Shown here in pieces: positions 50,729 to 64,000 of a stretch of DNA of 64,000 nucleotides. The DNA is from Octopus vulgaris (taxonomy: Eukaryota). The stretch covers positions 132,680,001 to 132,744,000 of the forward strand of contig OX597816.1 in NCBI GenBank assembly GCA_951406725.2. Direction: 5' to 3'. The notes below the pieces were generated by a model. The model had not been told where the DNA came from, did not search any database, and worked only from the letters and a program-made list of their open reading frames with translations. Both the position numbers and the translations under genes were made by a program. Within the stretch, counting starts at the first letter, position 1, and every line of letters begins with the position of its first letter.

Positions 50729-51240
50729 TCTATATATATAAAACTGTAGTTGTGTGAGTGTCTGTCCCCTTCGATTTAGATTCCTAACTACTCCCACATT
50801 TTGCGGTGCAGTTTAACCAAATTCGGGTATCTTATAGTCGTGATTCATATCGAGCCCGTCTGAGTATTAGTGCGCGTCTACGATGAGTCTACGATTTTAA
50901 AAATAATTTAACATCATTTTTTATTCCATTTTAATGCATAATTTTTCGTGTGTCGATGGCGGTGGAGTTGGCGTCCACGCTCACAGCTGCACCTGTTTGC
51001 TTCTCCCCCTTCTTCCCTCCCTCGTGAAGCTGTGGGGAAGGGAGTGTAAGGAAATCAACGTCGTAAAGCGTTGTCAAGGAGACCAGCGTTCTTTTAGAAC
51101 AACGACTTCATGGCTTGAAGACACCAAAACAGAAATGGCTAAGAAAGCCCGAATTGGCATCTATAAGGGAAGTAACTCTCTAAAAATGCTTATATAGTTA
51201 TTTCCCTTACAAACCTGAGCAACGCCGGGCGATACTGCTA

Positions 51241-51241
<1 letters not shown>
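50729..51241 (+). mobile_element. Non-autonomous Helitron
   Basis: A|TC...CTAG|T termini; subterminal hairpin CCTGAGCAACGCCGGG; no TSD. Confidence 0.88.
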
Positions 51242-51282
<41 letters not shown>

Positions 51283-52954
51283 CTACTTTTTATTTACCAT
51301 TCAGCCTCCAGAACTCATCTTTCTTTGTTATTGTACTTCTCTCATTTTTTTTCTGCTTGTGTTCATCTACCATATCCACTCAGTTAAGCCCTAGCAGCTT
51401 TTGTTGCTAACACAAATTGAACAATATTGTCAAAAGGTGTTGAAATCGTGACAATATTTGGGTAACAAGTGATGAGGGATTGAGTGTGTCTGCATCCATT
51501 TTGTGTGTTTTTTTCTTCTGTTTTCTGTCCCTCCTGAGCCACATAGAGAGGGAGGGAGAGAGAGAGAAACGACTTGATGTCAAACCACCACTGCAACTAT
51601 CATGCACTCTTCAGATTTTAAAGTTCATATAGTTTTTCCAGCAGATATTTTTCTCATTTTTCTCTATCTCTCTTTAATTCTAGCTGCATATAGATAGGCA
51701 GCTTATATAAATATATGGATTCTTCAAAATATAATGTAACTTGTCATTATGCATTGAGACAGTCTTATGACAAATTGATTACTCCAAAAATAAAATTTAA
51801 GAAAATTTTAATCTGAGAGGAACAGTATTTTTACTGGTTTCATATGAAAAGAATAGTATTGGTACTAGTTTTCTCTGTCACACTACATGACAATAAGAAT
51901 ATCAAGTATGAAATCACAGTCAAGATAACTAAATACATTCCTAAAACAATATACACAATTAAATTTAAACTGCAATCATATTTTGACTGTCATTCTTAAA
52001 ATTTAGAACAAACAACTTGTGAAAACTAGTTTTAGAAATTATTCATTTGTTGCAACAACAACAACACATTTGATAATTTTACATCTATCTTTCTATGTTC
52101 ACTTTAGATCAATCTCTTCTCTGTCACATTATTTTCTCCACAATTATTTTATTTCTTAATATTTTGCTAACTTATTTCTTGTTTCTCTCACTGTTTTTCA
52201 TTAATCCACAATAATGTACTTCCTCACTCTGCAGTGAAAGAATTACTCAGTCCATCCATTCATGTCTGCATCAGGTTGCAGATCTTCAATGTTCTTGATT
52301 GGTTGTGTGTTCTATGTTTTACCAGTGTCTGTTGTTAGCCTTCAGATCCTCCCAAAAGCTCATGGTCTTCTCTATCTTCTCTTTCCTCTTGATGGTGTTA
52401 GCCTTAATGGAATTTTAACATTCTAATGATCTAGGTGCCACATGATGTGACCAATGAATCACATTCTTCATTCCATCATCATGTCTTGGAGTCTTTATGA
52501 TGATACTCTTCTTAAGACTTCTTTTGATGTGATCATGATATGAAGTTCTTGGGATTTTCTTAAGCGTCATTGATGAAAGCCATCCAAAGGTTTCATGATT
52601 TTCACATTTTTATATCATATTTTGCTTGCATAAAGCACAATATATATATACAACGGTACTTATTGTGATGTTGATGTCCTGTGTGTTCATGACCAAAAAT
52701 TAGTACATTTGCCAGAATACTGCTGTCACTATTAGGATTTTGCATTTAATGTCAGTTTCATCATCTTTATCTTTGTACAGAACATTACCAAAGTATATGA
52801 TTCAGCTCAGGTCTTCAAGAGGCTATTCTTTAATCATCAAGGTGATGCTCCTTGGTTTTCCTTAGATTTTGTTTCTCTCTGTTCTTTCTTAGACCTGTTT
52901 TCTTTGTCTCTCAGTTACTTTGTCTTTGTCTCTCAGTTACCCTATTAATTATTA

Positions 52955-53155
52955 TGAGGAACTGCTGAAAAGTTTCTAGCTGTAAAGGTATCATGAAAGG
53001 CCTGGTTGGGGGCCCAACCTTCCGAGTTCTTTTACAAGGCTTAGAAAAACTGAAGGATCACTGCAATAAGTGTATGAACTTGAGATGGGGGGATATGTTG
53101 AATAAAATCATAATTTTCTTTTACCCAAAGCCAGGAACTTTTCAGCAGCCCCTCA
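52955..53155. mobile_element. Mariner-derived MITE (201 bp)
   Basis: TA flanks; TIRs TGAGGAACTGCTGAAAAGTTTCTAGCT / AGCCAGGAACTTTTCAGCAGCCCCTCA; internal remnant of transposase C-terminus (GLEKL..CNKC..YVE*). Confidence 0.8.
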
Positions 53156-56076
53156 TATTAGTGAAGTCCTAGTTGGCTAACTGTCTCTACTATGGCTTTA
53201 CCAGAAGCCATATTCATTGCAGTTGACTGCTTTTTCATGATGAAATCTAGTTAACAGAAAAATAAAAATGGTGATGGTTTGCAAAGTTAACGAATTTAGG
53301 TGGTGATGTGAAAGTATTTGTTTCTATTTTCTACCTTTACACAGCAGTTGGACTTAAGATAAATGTTTCTAAAAATTCCAATGTAGTGCGCCATGATCTG
53401 TAGGTTTTTGTGATGCTCTATGGAGCCTTTAAAAAGTATCAATAAAATTTATTGAAAATGGTCTTTGGAATTCCAAACAATTCATTGATATTCCATATCA
53501 TACAGATTTATTCACACTATAACAATATATTGAACACTCTGTTCTGAATATTGGCCACATCCTACCTATTATTATTGTTAACCATTCAAAGATTACACTG
53601 TTATACTGTTCTAATCTTCTCATGCAAGAACACATTAATGCCTTTCATTCTCAACCAATTTCTGACTTGAACAAGACAGTCTTTTGCATTTATAAATATT
53701 CAATCACAATTGATATTCAATAAATCTTAGCTCTCTTCACTAATTATTTCTTGTTTCTGATGATTATATTATCATATCATATTATACCTTTATTATAGTA
53801 ATTATACAATCTCTTCTTCATGTGAAAGAGAGAGAGAGAGAGAAGGAAGAGAGAGAAAGAAGGAAGGAGGGAGGTTTATTATGGACAGAATTAATTCCTT
53901 TTAAACATGAACTAAATAAACTTCATTACTAATTTACAACATTATTTAACCTAATGTAATCCTTGTTAAATATAATGCTTTGTAACTGATGGTTCCTTGG
54001 AATAACATTGTAAACTTAGTCTTGGTGCAGTATATCTAACCTGCTTGAGTTCAAGTATTTTCCAAGTTGAATCTGTAGATAAGATTTGGGGGCTCCACAT
54101 TGTAAGCTTAAAAAGTATGAGCCAGTTATATAGTAATCTGCTGCTAGCAGTGCTGAACTGTATCTCCACACAATGCCTATCAACACTTAATAGTTAGATT
54201 GGATCCATGTTTACATTAGATCCATCTCTGCTCCATGACATTATTACTGCAAACGTTTGTGTTGCTCTTCATTGATTATTTCTGAATACTTCATCTATTC
54301 ATTTCGCCTTTCTGTTACTCTTTAATTCCCAATAATATACCTTCTCACTATGCACTGAAGGAATTAGCCACTCAGTCAATCAATCCATCCCACCTATGTT
54401 TGTGCATCAGATCACAGTTCTTAATTGTTCTACATTAGTTGTTGTGTGTTTTATGATTCAAATCTTCTCTAAAACATAAAGTGTATGCTATCCATGCTCT
54501 ATGTTTCAGGTGACAACATACAAATCATTGCTCTTATTATTGTATCTTTTTATTGTTTCTTCTTAGACTATTGTATCTTATTAGACTTGCCTTTTAATTC
54601 TTAGATCTGTTACATATGACTTGAGTACTCTGATCATGGTATGGTTGACCGATTATAATCATTGAAAATCTGTGCACATCATCAGTTTAACAAACACACT
54701 AATCTTTTGTACTTTAGGATAATTTATGACATGACTTAATCTCTGCTATATACTGAATGAATGCTTGTTGATCTCTGTAGATGTCAATACACCAATGTCA
54801 TAGCAATATTCCTTTGAACTGAAATATGTTTTCCAAGCTTCATGCCTTCACTTATTTTCTAAATTTTGAATTCTGTTGGACACTTATGAACTTAAAAAAA
54901 AAAGGAAGCAAATGAAGTTAAGAGAATATCCCCAAAATAATGTGGCTGTGTGGTAAGAAGCTTGCTTCCCAAACACATAGTTCTGGGTTCTGCCCCACTG
55001 CATGGCACCTTGGGCAAGTGTCTTTTACTGTAACCTCATGGTCAAACAAAGCCTTGTGAGTGAATTTGGTAGACAGTAATTGAAAGAAGCCTGTTGTATG
55101 TATGTGTGTGTGTGTGTTTGACTGTTCCCCACCACTTGACATCTGGTGTTGGTGTGTTTACATTCATGTAACTTAGCAGTTTGGCAAAAGATATCAATAG
55201 AATAAGTATCAGGCTTAAAAAAAAAACAAAAAACAGTACTGGGGTTGATTAATTTAACTAAAAAATTCTTGAAGGAGGTGCCTCAGCATGGCTGCAGTTT
55301 AATGACTGAAACAAGTAAAAAATAAACGATAAAATGAAACTTGACTAAATAACTGGTGTTAATAAAATATATTTAGATATCCAGCTGTATACCATTGGGC
55401 TTGAGTGTAACGACAACATAGGCTTTGCATAAACATATATTTCAGTTTCAGTAGTGTAGTTTGATTATTTATAAATTAAAGACACTATAATCTCTTGTAA
55501 ATTACTCTGTATTAACCAGTTCTTGATACAGTGTTGTCAAATGTTTGTTTCCACTCATTCTGTTCTTGAGATAAGTCTGATAGTAGTGAAGGTTTACTCT
55601 GATCATGTTTAAGAAGTTTAATGTAAGGACAATTATGTTGTCATTCCGCAGAGGTGAGGAAGTACAGTTATTAGGAATAAGGAGAAGAAAAATCATGTTC
55701 TATGTAACCTATTATTGTTGTTTAACCCCAGGTCAGTTTTAATCAAGTGAACCTGTCATGATCATCCCACATTTTTAGTCTTTCTGACTCATTGTATCTA
55801 GGATCACATTATTCAATGTGTCTTTATACTTTTTTTTTCCTTTTGTAAGATATTAGGGTGTAATTCAAGGGGAAATTAGGCTGCTGTTTGTAGTTGGAGC
55901 CTCCATGAAGTTCTCTAACTGCTTGTTTATGTTGGTGATGTGTATCTGTTAACTTACCTTTATAAACAGAAATGTCAACATCCATGGAAACTTTTAAAAT
56001 TTGCAATAACTAACAATAAGATAATATTTTTGTTGACTGATTGCTTGTCATTCATTTACTTTACTTGTCATTGCAG

Positions 56077-56200
56077 GAAGACTTTCATTATGAGTACACT
56101 GAGTGTGATCAGTATGGAGGACGGTGGAGAGTTTCTGTCCCAGAACCAGACAAGTGTGCTGGAGGGACGCCTAATAATATTACTAGAGGAAAAGACTGTT
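56077..56200 (+). CDS. ELAPOR: ELAPOR homologue coding exon 2 (EDFHYEYTECDQYGGRWRVSVPEPDKCAGGTPNNITRGKDC)
   Basis: Acceptor ttgcag|GAA, donor TGT T|gtaagt (phase 1). The YEYTxCD..G.RWRV.VP motif is characteristic of the KIAA1324 family. Confidence 0.93.
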
Positions 56201-56627
56201 GTAAGTATATTTCACTATTACTAAATTGTTATCTCAGTACAATTTGTCTCCAAGTAAGTTCTCACAGCTGAGATGCAAATGAAGTGTGTCGGAGTCAAAG
56301 TTAGGTTGTAGATGTACGGGCAACATTTTTGGACACTATACTTCCTCTTGGGCTTTTACTGGTTCCAGTCATTAGATTTCAGCCATGCTGGGTACATTTA
56401 TGCACATACTTAATAATAAATGTTTTTCCTGATTACCATTTAATGACTGTTTTCTACTCTGGCATAGGTTGGATGGATTGATAGGCGCTGGAAAGCTACA
56501 GGCTTGCACCAAACTCCATTCTGCTTTGGCATGGATTCTATGGTTAGATGCCCTTCTGATCATAAACCACTTTATGGAGGGCATCAAAACAATCAACTTA
56601 GACTGAAATAAGAACTCAATATGTATA

Positions 56628-56698
<71 letters not shown>

Positions 56699-56799
56699 TA
56701 AATTAAATTAAATTAGACATTTCAGAAATGTAAATCCAAGATGAAAAAAATGTGTGCAGAACTGCCACTGGATTTATATTATATATATATGTGTGTAAA

Positions 56800-57468
56800 T
56801 ATTGGTTTGTCTGGAAAGTTTGTGCCGATTTATAGTAGCTTACCTTTCGACTTGTTTTAGAACATGGTTGAGTCCATAAAATAGGATTTGACTACACCTC
56901 CATTTAGAGCACAGTTTAAGTATCTTTTCGTGGAAGAAGGTTTATGTTCCTATAACCTGTGTTAATTCTGTAACCCTTTAAAACAGAAGATAAGAAAGAT
57001 CATTTTCGGCACTTGATGCTTTTCTTTTTCTGTAAAGGGAAAAATGCCTCTCAAGCAACCAAAGAAATATGCGCAGTTTACGGTGATGTTTCTTTATCCG
57101 AAAGAACTGTACGGAAGTGGTTCGCAAGGTTCCGAGCTGGAGATTGTAGCCTTATTGATAAAGAGCAATCAGGCAGACCATCCACTACAGATGATGACCA
57201 AATCAAGTCATTAATTGAGAATAACCCACATTGCACAACCCGAGAATTGGCAGAAAGCCTCAACCTATCAAAATCCATCATTCATGAGTACCCGGTAAAG
57301 CTTGGGTACACAAATTGCTACGATGTTTGGGTACCACATGAGTTGAGTGAGAAGAACCTTTTGGAGTGCATTTCCATCTGTGATTCGCTTTATAAATGGA
57401 ATGAAAACACGCCTTTTTTAAAGCAAATTGTGACAGGTGATGAGAAATGGATTATCTACCGAATTTAG
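56800..57468 (+). mobile_element. Mariner transposon (mellifera-like), 3'-truncated
   Basis: TA+TTGGTTTGTCTGGAAAGTT TIR-like end; HFRHLMLFFF.KGKNASQA..RKWFARFRAG..SGRP..WVPHELSE..IVTGDEKWIIY; no D34D remainder. Confidence 0.9.
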
Positions 57469-59080
57469 TAACTCCAAAGACAAGTTTTTGCTATCTGGTC
57501 CTAGGATATATTCTAGAATATACTCTTTTTAATATATTCCATCAGTTGGTCTTGCTGTGCTTGTGTTGTTGTTGTTTCATCCTGGATGAATCCTGATTGA
57601 GCAGACTTATAATTAAAAGCGTTCAATTTTGTTGTTTTAGGGTTATGTTGGTCTACATTATTTGATATGTTCGTTGTTTAAGAAAGTAAGATATGATTTC
57701 AGAGAGAGATCTGACTGCTGTTTCTTGCAGACTGAGGCTTCATCATAAGATTGGGCTTCTTATTCTATTCATTGCTATACTCATATCTGAAGCATGGTCT
57801 TCTATTTGGCATAGTTGTTCTGCACTACTAAATAAAGAGAGGCATGTTTTTGAAGCTTGGGAATTACTTCATTGTAAAAAGCAAAAAAATGATCAATATC
57901 TCTTTTTCTGTAGAAGATATTGTTCTGTTTTGTGAAATTATTATGAAAGGTCTTCACTGAACTGTACATTTTGTTATCTGTATGCTCTCACAGATTGTTA
58001 TCATCCACAGTTTCCTTAAAGAAACTAAAGTGTTTTTCTTTGTTTTTTTTCTTTTAAATATTATAGATGTTGGCAATGACTGTGGTTAAGACGTTAGTGC
58101 TGCAGTCATGTAATTCCTGAATAGTCCCATTGTGTGCACATGGGCAAGTGTTTCATATTATAGCCCTGGGCTGACCAATACCATGGGAGTGAATTTGGTA
58201 GGCAGAAAGCAGAAACTGTCTCGAAACCCACCACATGTATACATATATGTATACACACTTGTATACATATATGTGTGTGTGTAGATATATATATGCATAT
58301 ACATATACACATGTATACAATATACATACATATATAATGTGTATATATATATATATGTATATATATATATGCATGTATATACATATGTATATGTATGTAC
58401 ATGTGTGTCTTTATGCTTGTGTTTAGCCCCACCACCATTTAACAACCTTTGTTTGTTTTTGTTCTGTAACTTAGTGGTTTGGCAAAAGAGACAACTACAA
58501 TAAGTACCAGACTTAAAATATAAGTACTAGGGTTGATTTGTTTGACTACAACCCTTCAAGGTTGTGCCCCAGCATGAACATAGTTCAGTGGCTGAAACAA
58601 GTTTATGATAAAAGGTAAAAAGATATATATTGTTGTGTTTATGTGACTGTCTGGTATGTGTGTCTCTTTTTATATGCGTATGTCAATGTCCTCGGTGTTC
58701 AGTCAGCCTACGAAGGTTAGAGACAAACTTAGTAAGTTGTATAAGCAATAAATAGTCAAGCACCTGTAAGAACTTATTTCACCAGTTTTACATTATTTAG
58801 AATTACTCTTGGTTACACCTGTAGTGCAACATTCATTTTATAGTTAAAAAAACAGAAAACAGATATAAAACATTCTTGATTTTGATCCTAGATCATCACC
58901 TCTAACTTAATCTGTTTTCATTACTATTAAATGATGGTAATATTTTTAAAGCAAAAAAAAAAAGAAAGGAAATGAATTTGAACAATTGCTGTTTTTAATT
59001 CATTGATCTAGAACAAATAGTAATTTACTTTCATATGGGAATATATTCTGAACAGACTTAAAAGCTAACTACAGTTTTAA

Positions 59081-59301
59081 CCCTCTTGTGTTTAAACCGG
59101 CCATATCTGGCCCAGATATTTCTTCTGTTTTATGTTCAAACTGGTCTGATTTAACCTCTCACACCTACCCAATAATGTCATCCTAAAAATAGACAATAAC
59201 AGCATCAAACTCTCAAAGTTATGAGACAAATACATCATTAATTCAAAACAATATGAATAAATAAGTTTTACATTTGACAGAGTAATTTGAACACTAAAGG
59301 G
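59081..59301. mobile_element. piggyBac-like MITE
   Basis: TTAA|CCCT...AGGG|TTAA; related copies at 213-831 and ~46517-47021 (inverted). Confidence 0.75.
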
Positions 59302-61402
59302 TTAAAGAAGAGCTGTTCGGTTGACTTCTATTCTGAAATTTGTGAAGGTTTATTTGATTGTCCTCAACCACTCCACTACGTTTGCACTGATATATTTGTT
59401 ATTTTCTTCATTTCTATGTTTGTTCAATATTGGAGAAATCTCCATTTGTAATTCACGCTCTTTCAACTGGAATTCAGATATAAAGAAGTGATAAGAATTC
59501 ACTTCACCATCATCATCATTTAATGTCCAGTCTTCATGCTGGCATGGGTTTGATGGTTTGACATGGAGCTGTCCAGACTCCAGTTGTCTATTGTGACACG
59601 ATTTCTATGGCTGGATGCCCTTCCTAATGCCAACCACTTAACAGGGTGTGTTGGATGCTTTTTATGTGTCACCGTCATGCATGTGCTTATGCAGCACTGG
59701 CATGTGTGCATTTACACAGCACCGGCATGTGTGCGTTAATGCAGCACCGACATGCTTTTAAAGTGGCACTGGCACCTGAGAGGATAAGCCTGTATATGTG
59801 GAAGACAGTGATTTTAATTAGATTGACGTGTCTTATCAAGTACAACAAATTGCCACATTTCCTAGCCCCATGTCATTTCTTCAGTGAGTCCCAGTGTCTG
59901 AAGATTTTTTCTCACCATTTCGTCCCACGCCTTCCTGGGTCTGACTTGTAGTATTGTTCATTAAACCAAATAAGCACCTATAAACACCTTTAGCTAGGGA
60001 ACAGGGCAGCAATAGTGTTTTGCTGTTCGCCATTTTTGCCAACATGAGAATATTACTTCTGCTCCCCCCACCCCCTATAAATTAGATCTCTTCAGATTCC
60101 CTACCTCATATTTACAATCTTTGCTTTATGAAGTGGAAGTCAGAAAAGAGAAAATGTGCAGATAAGCAACTCTTGTTTTCCAATCTGGCACAATCTAAAC
60201 CTCATTTTACAGTGCTAATTATAATTACCATTTTTATTCGTTAATTTATCTACTTACCCACACAGTATCATTTATTCCATACCATATGTTATAGTAAACT
60301 TAAGAAAACCTGTGTTCTGGCACACAGTCATCACTATCTTTATCTGTCTTCCTGTTGCTCTCGCTCATTCTTGCATAATGTTGAGAAACCGCATATCTTC
60401 TCTGTTGCAAGACATCTGCCTTGTCACTCTGGCATACTTTAGCCTTCAACACCTCACGTAAAGCCATCTCCTCTTCTCTCAAATACACTCCAACTCAGTT
60501 GAGAGAGCCTTTTCCTTTCTTTATGTTTCTTGCAAGTTACTTGGCTGCCTCACTAATGCTTGTGCTGCAAAAACAGGCCCCAGTGTCCCCTGTAAAGTGA
60601 ATAGGAAGGGTATCCAGCCATAGAAACATTGCCAAAGCTCTAGACTCTGTCAAGCCATCCAACTCATGTCAGCTTAGAAAACAGTTCTTAAATGATAATG
60701 GTGATAATGATGAATAAAAACTAATAAAATTGAGGAAGAAGGCTGAAATGAGAGGAGGAGCTGGCTTTAATATACAATGCAGAAGAATTCGCAGAATTGA
60801 AATCTAATTTTGAAATTCTCCTTTCTATGCTGTTTTAATGATCAGTTTTTAAAAATAGATTTGAAAATTAATTTATCTTACTTGAAAAATCTACTCTGAT
60901 CAACAGTGTGTACTTTACAACATTTTCTTTGATGAAAGCCTGGAATAAATAGATTCTGAATTTTCCTCTTTTGTATGAAGTTAAATTTGGCAAATATTTC
61001 CAATATTGCAAACAAAAGAATCATTGAAGTGTTTTATTCATTTTGATTGCTTTAGATTTTCATTCTAAAAACTAGTAAACGCTAATAGAATGTAATATAA
61101 ATGTGAACAGGTTTTGTATAGAAAATGAGAGATTACCATGGTGATTATGAGATGACCAATTGAGTTTTCTAGGCTTTTGCTCCTGAGGAATGGAAACTCT
61201 TCAACAGGAGATAGACATAGCAAAAGATTTCAACTCTAACGAAGATAATGTTTGGCAATCACTTACTTACACAATACTATTGCAAAATTCTGCTCTTTTG
61301 TCACTACCACTATCATCATCATCATCATCATCACCGCCACCACCACCAAGATTGATAACTTATGTTGTCCTATTTTATTTATTTAGTTATTTTCCTTTTC
61401 AG

Positions 61403-61616
61403 CCTATACATGTGAAGCTGGTCAGTACCTTGATATCCAAGGCAATCAAGAATGTTTGCGCTGTCCGAAAGGGTCATATTCTCTTGGTGGTGGAATCCGA
61501 TTTGATAGTTGGGACGAGCTACCTAAAGGATTCTACATTAAAACAGAAAAGTTCTCTGAAATTGGAATGCTATCAAACAATGAAGAATATGTGACTGAAA
61601 AATCCAATTGTTCCAA
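61403..61616 (+). CDS. ELAPOR: ELAPOR homologue coding exon 3 ((S)YTCEAGQYLDIQGNQECLRCPKGSYSLGGGIRFDSWDELPKGFYIKTEKFSEIGMLSNNEEYVTEKSNCS), Cys-rich repeat
   Basis: Acceptor ttccttttcag|CC completes the T+CC Ser codon; donor AA|gtaagc (phase 2). Matches human SFSCNAGEFLDM..C..C..G.YSLGTGIRFDEWDELPHGF. Not listed in the ORF track in this frame. Confidence 0.93.
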
Positions 61617-64000
61617 GTAAGCTGTTTTCTTTCTCTGTTTGATCTTCCTTTCTCTTGCATGTTCTTGAAATGAAATATAACTATTCGGTTTTCCAGTCAG
61701 CACTCTTTCTTTCCATTATTAAATATTTTCAATAGAATTCCAGAAAGGCGACTCAAAGTAGTTTTGGCAATATTTGTATTTTATGAAGGTGATGGTGGTG
61801 GAGGTAACAGAAAGCGGTGAGAGTTGAATAGGATCTTTACTTTTAGTTCAGTGATTTGCAGTTATTAATTTAAATTCCCTCTGGAATTGACTTTGTCTTT
61901 TATCTCTATAAGGTCAATAAAATAAGTTAAAAGTAATGTATGTGGGCCCATTCAATTGATTACAATGGTTTTGTACATAAAAATTGGCCTTGTCAAAAGA
62001 AAATCAATAAATACTGCCCCGTCTTTCATAGTTGAAAAGCTAACATTATGAAACATTTACGCTAGATATTATTGAAAATCATTAAATTTATTCAGCCTTC
62101 CAAATTAAACTTGTACAGACAAGTAAATAAGGGGAGTCTCATTGTGGTCACTTGACCTGTTTGAAATTGTAGCCCAAGCTCCCTCAAATCACACTCTGCT
62201 ATCTTAAAAAAGAAATTACACAGACATAGTTATAGATTTAAAAAAAAATATAGGATAGATCTGCTTTGTAATACCTATGAACCCTGGGGTTAAACAACAT
62301 GATGCAGAAATATTTTTTCAAAATTTTTATTTCTATTTGAACTGCTTAGTATAGGATTCTGACATTTTCCCTTTATATTTTGCTATTTATTTTTTTAAAA
62401 TCTGATGTAAGAATATATCTTTTTTTTTTTACATGATTCAGTTATTAGACTGCAGCCATGCTGGGGCACTGTTTTGAAGAATTTTAGTCAAATAAATCAA
62501 CCATAGGGCTTTATATTATTTGGAAAGCCCAGTACTTATTCAATCAGTCTCTTTTGCTGAACTGCTAAGTTACTGGGACATAAGCGCACTAACACCAGTT
62601 GTGAAGCAGTGGTGGGAGACAAACACAGACACACTCACATAGGCACACACACACACGTATGTATGTATGTATAAAAACTAAATAAAAAATGGAACAAGAT
62701 CGTAACAGGTGACAACAAAACATTCGGACAGTTAGATGATATAAAAATGGAGAGGAAAAAACAAGGATGGGTCATTCAGAGCTTTCAATTTTCAGTCAAG
62801 TACCAGATCGTCCTAGCAGTTTCGGCTTGTTACTCTTGAGACTGCTCTAATCTGGCCAGCTCCATGTATACATTTCAATTTCTGTCTTCCAAATCCACTC
62901 AGAATGCTTTGGTTAGCCTGAGGCTATAGTAGAAGACACTTGCCCAAGGTGTCATGTAGTGGGACAGAAATGAGAAATATGTGGTTAGGAAACAAACTTC
63001 CTACCACATATATATGCTCTTTTAAAATATAAGAAATATGTAAAGAAACCTGACAAGAACTAAGGCAGTTAGTCATGTTCTGTTGAATAGGTTAATTCAT
63101 CAAATTTAGAGTCACTCAGAAAATCAGATAATCTGAGTATGATACACCATGTCTAAGAGTAAGCTGTAACAAATACTGATGTCAGGATTATATAACCAGC
63201 TTTCCTGTCACTAAGCCTTGCCTTGCATTTTTTAAATTTGTTGTTGCTAATACTTTTATAGCTTAGCCCCAGGTCAAATCTTGATCAGGCAATCTTATAA
63301 TCAAATATGATCCAGTCACGACCATCAGAGTTTGAATTATCTTTTATCTTCTATTTTTTGCTTGTTTCATTCACTTGACTGTAGCACCACCTTGAATTTT
63401 TAGTCCAATGGATCAACTCCAGTACTTATATTTTTAAGCCCGATACTTATTCTATTGGTCCACAACAACACTGGTTGTCAAGAAGTATTGGGGGTACAAA
63501 CACAGATACAAAGATGTATGTACATACACACACACATGCACTTTCTGTCTACCAAGTCTATAGTAGAAGACACTTGCCCAAGGTACCATACAGTAGGACT
63601 GAACCTGGAACCATGTGGGTGGGAAGCAAGCTTCTTACCACACAGCCATGCCTGTGCCTATGCTGAATTATTCTGTGCATCATAATTAGCACAGAACTGA
63701 ATTGTGTCCAGGCATTTTCTTAACTCTAATGTTATAACTAAATTTAAATTGGATTATGCAACAACAGCAACAAAAATAACTAAAAAGAAATAGTTAAAAA
63801 AAAGCACCCTTCACTTTTGTGATATACTTTACATCATAAATCAAAAATATTTCTTCCTTGCAATGTTTACTATTTTTCTTCTTTTTTAGAGCAGATATCA
63901 ATTAAATGTCTTTATTTAGAGTCTTAGGCATTTATAATGAATTAGAAATGAAATTATAACTCCACAGATAAGAAAGCATTTCAGCTTCTTAAGTTAGATA

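Larger units (their letters stand above)
17953..56076 (+). other. ELAPOR intron 1 (38,124 bp)
   Basis: GT..AG between phase-compatible exons; filled with TEs and microsatellites. Confidence 0.8.
56201..61402 (+). other. ELAPOR intron 2 (5,202 bp)
   Basis: GT..AG, phase 1. Confidence 0.9.

Noticed and set aside
57013-57468. Domesticated SETMAR-like gene
   Set aside because: Native start codon lost, truncated after the first catalytic Asp, TIR retained, no SET domain; an ordinary mariner relic
61190-61594. 134-aa ORF overlapping exon 3
   Set aside because: Wrong frame; the conserved ELAPOR sequence is in another frame bounded by splice sites

Overview
AT-rich, microsatellite- and transposon-dense animal genomic DNA. 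The tRNA-SINE families resemble those of octopod cephalopods; this is an inference and the species is not established. Almost every entry in the ORF track is an artefact of simple repeats or decayed TEs. The one clear protein-coding gene is the 5' part of an ELAPOR1/2 (KIAA1324/KIAA1324L, UPF0577) homologue on +. Its exon 1 CDS is 17617-17952, followed by a 38.1-kb first intron, exon 2 at 56077-56200 and exon 3 at 61403-61616; all junctions are GT-AG and phase-compatible, and the gene runs past the window end. A candidate divergent minus-strand gene with RFX X-box motifs starts near 7.9-8.5 kb. The rest is SINEs, non-autonomous Helitrons, Tc1/mariner/maT remnants, piggyBac-, mariner- and Merlin-like MITEs, a Gypsy integrase remnant, and CRE-, L2/Rex1- and Penelope-like fragments. 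The most notable signals are in ELAPOR intron 1: several type I hammerhead ribozyme motifs (one behind a tRNA-derived Pol III head, one capping a ~350-nt rod-like foldback, one on the sense strand of the pre-mRNA) and many long foldback palindromes.
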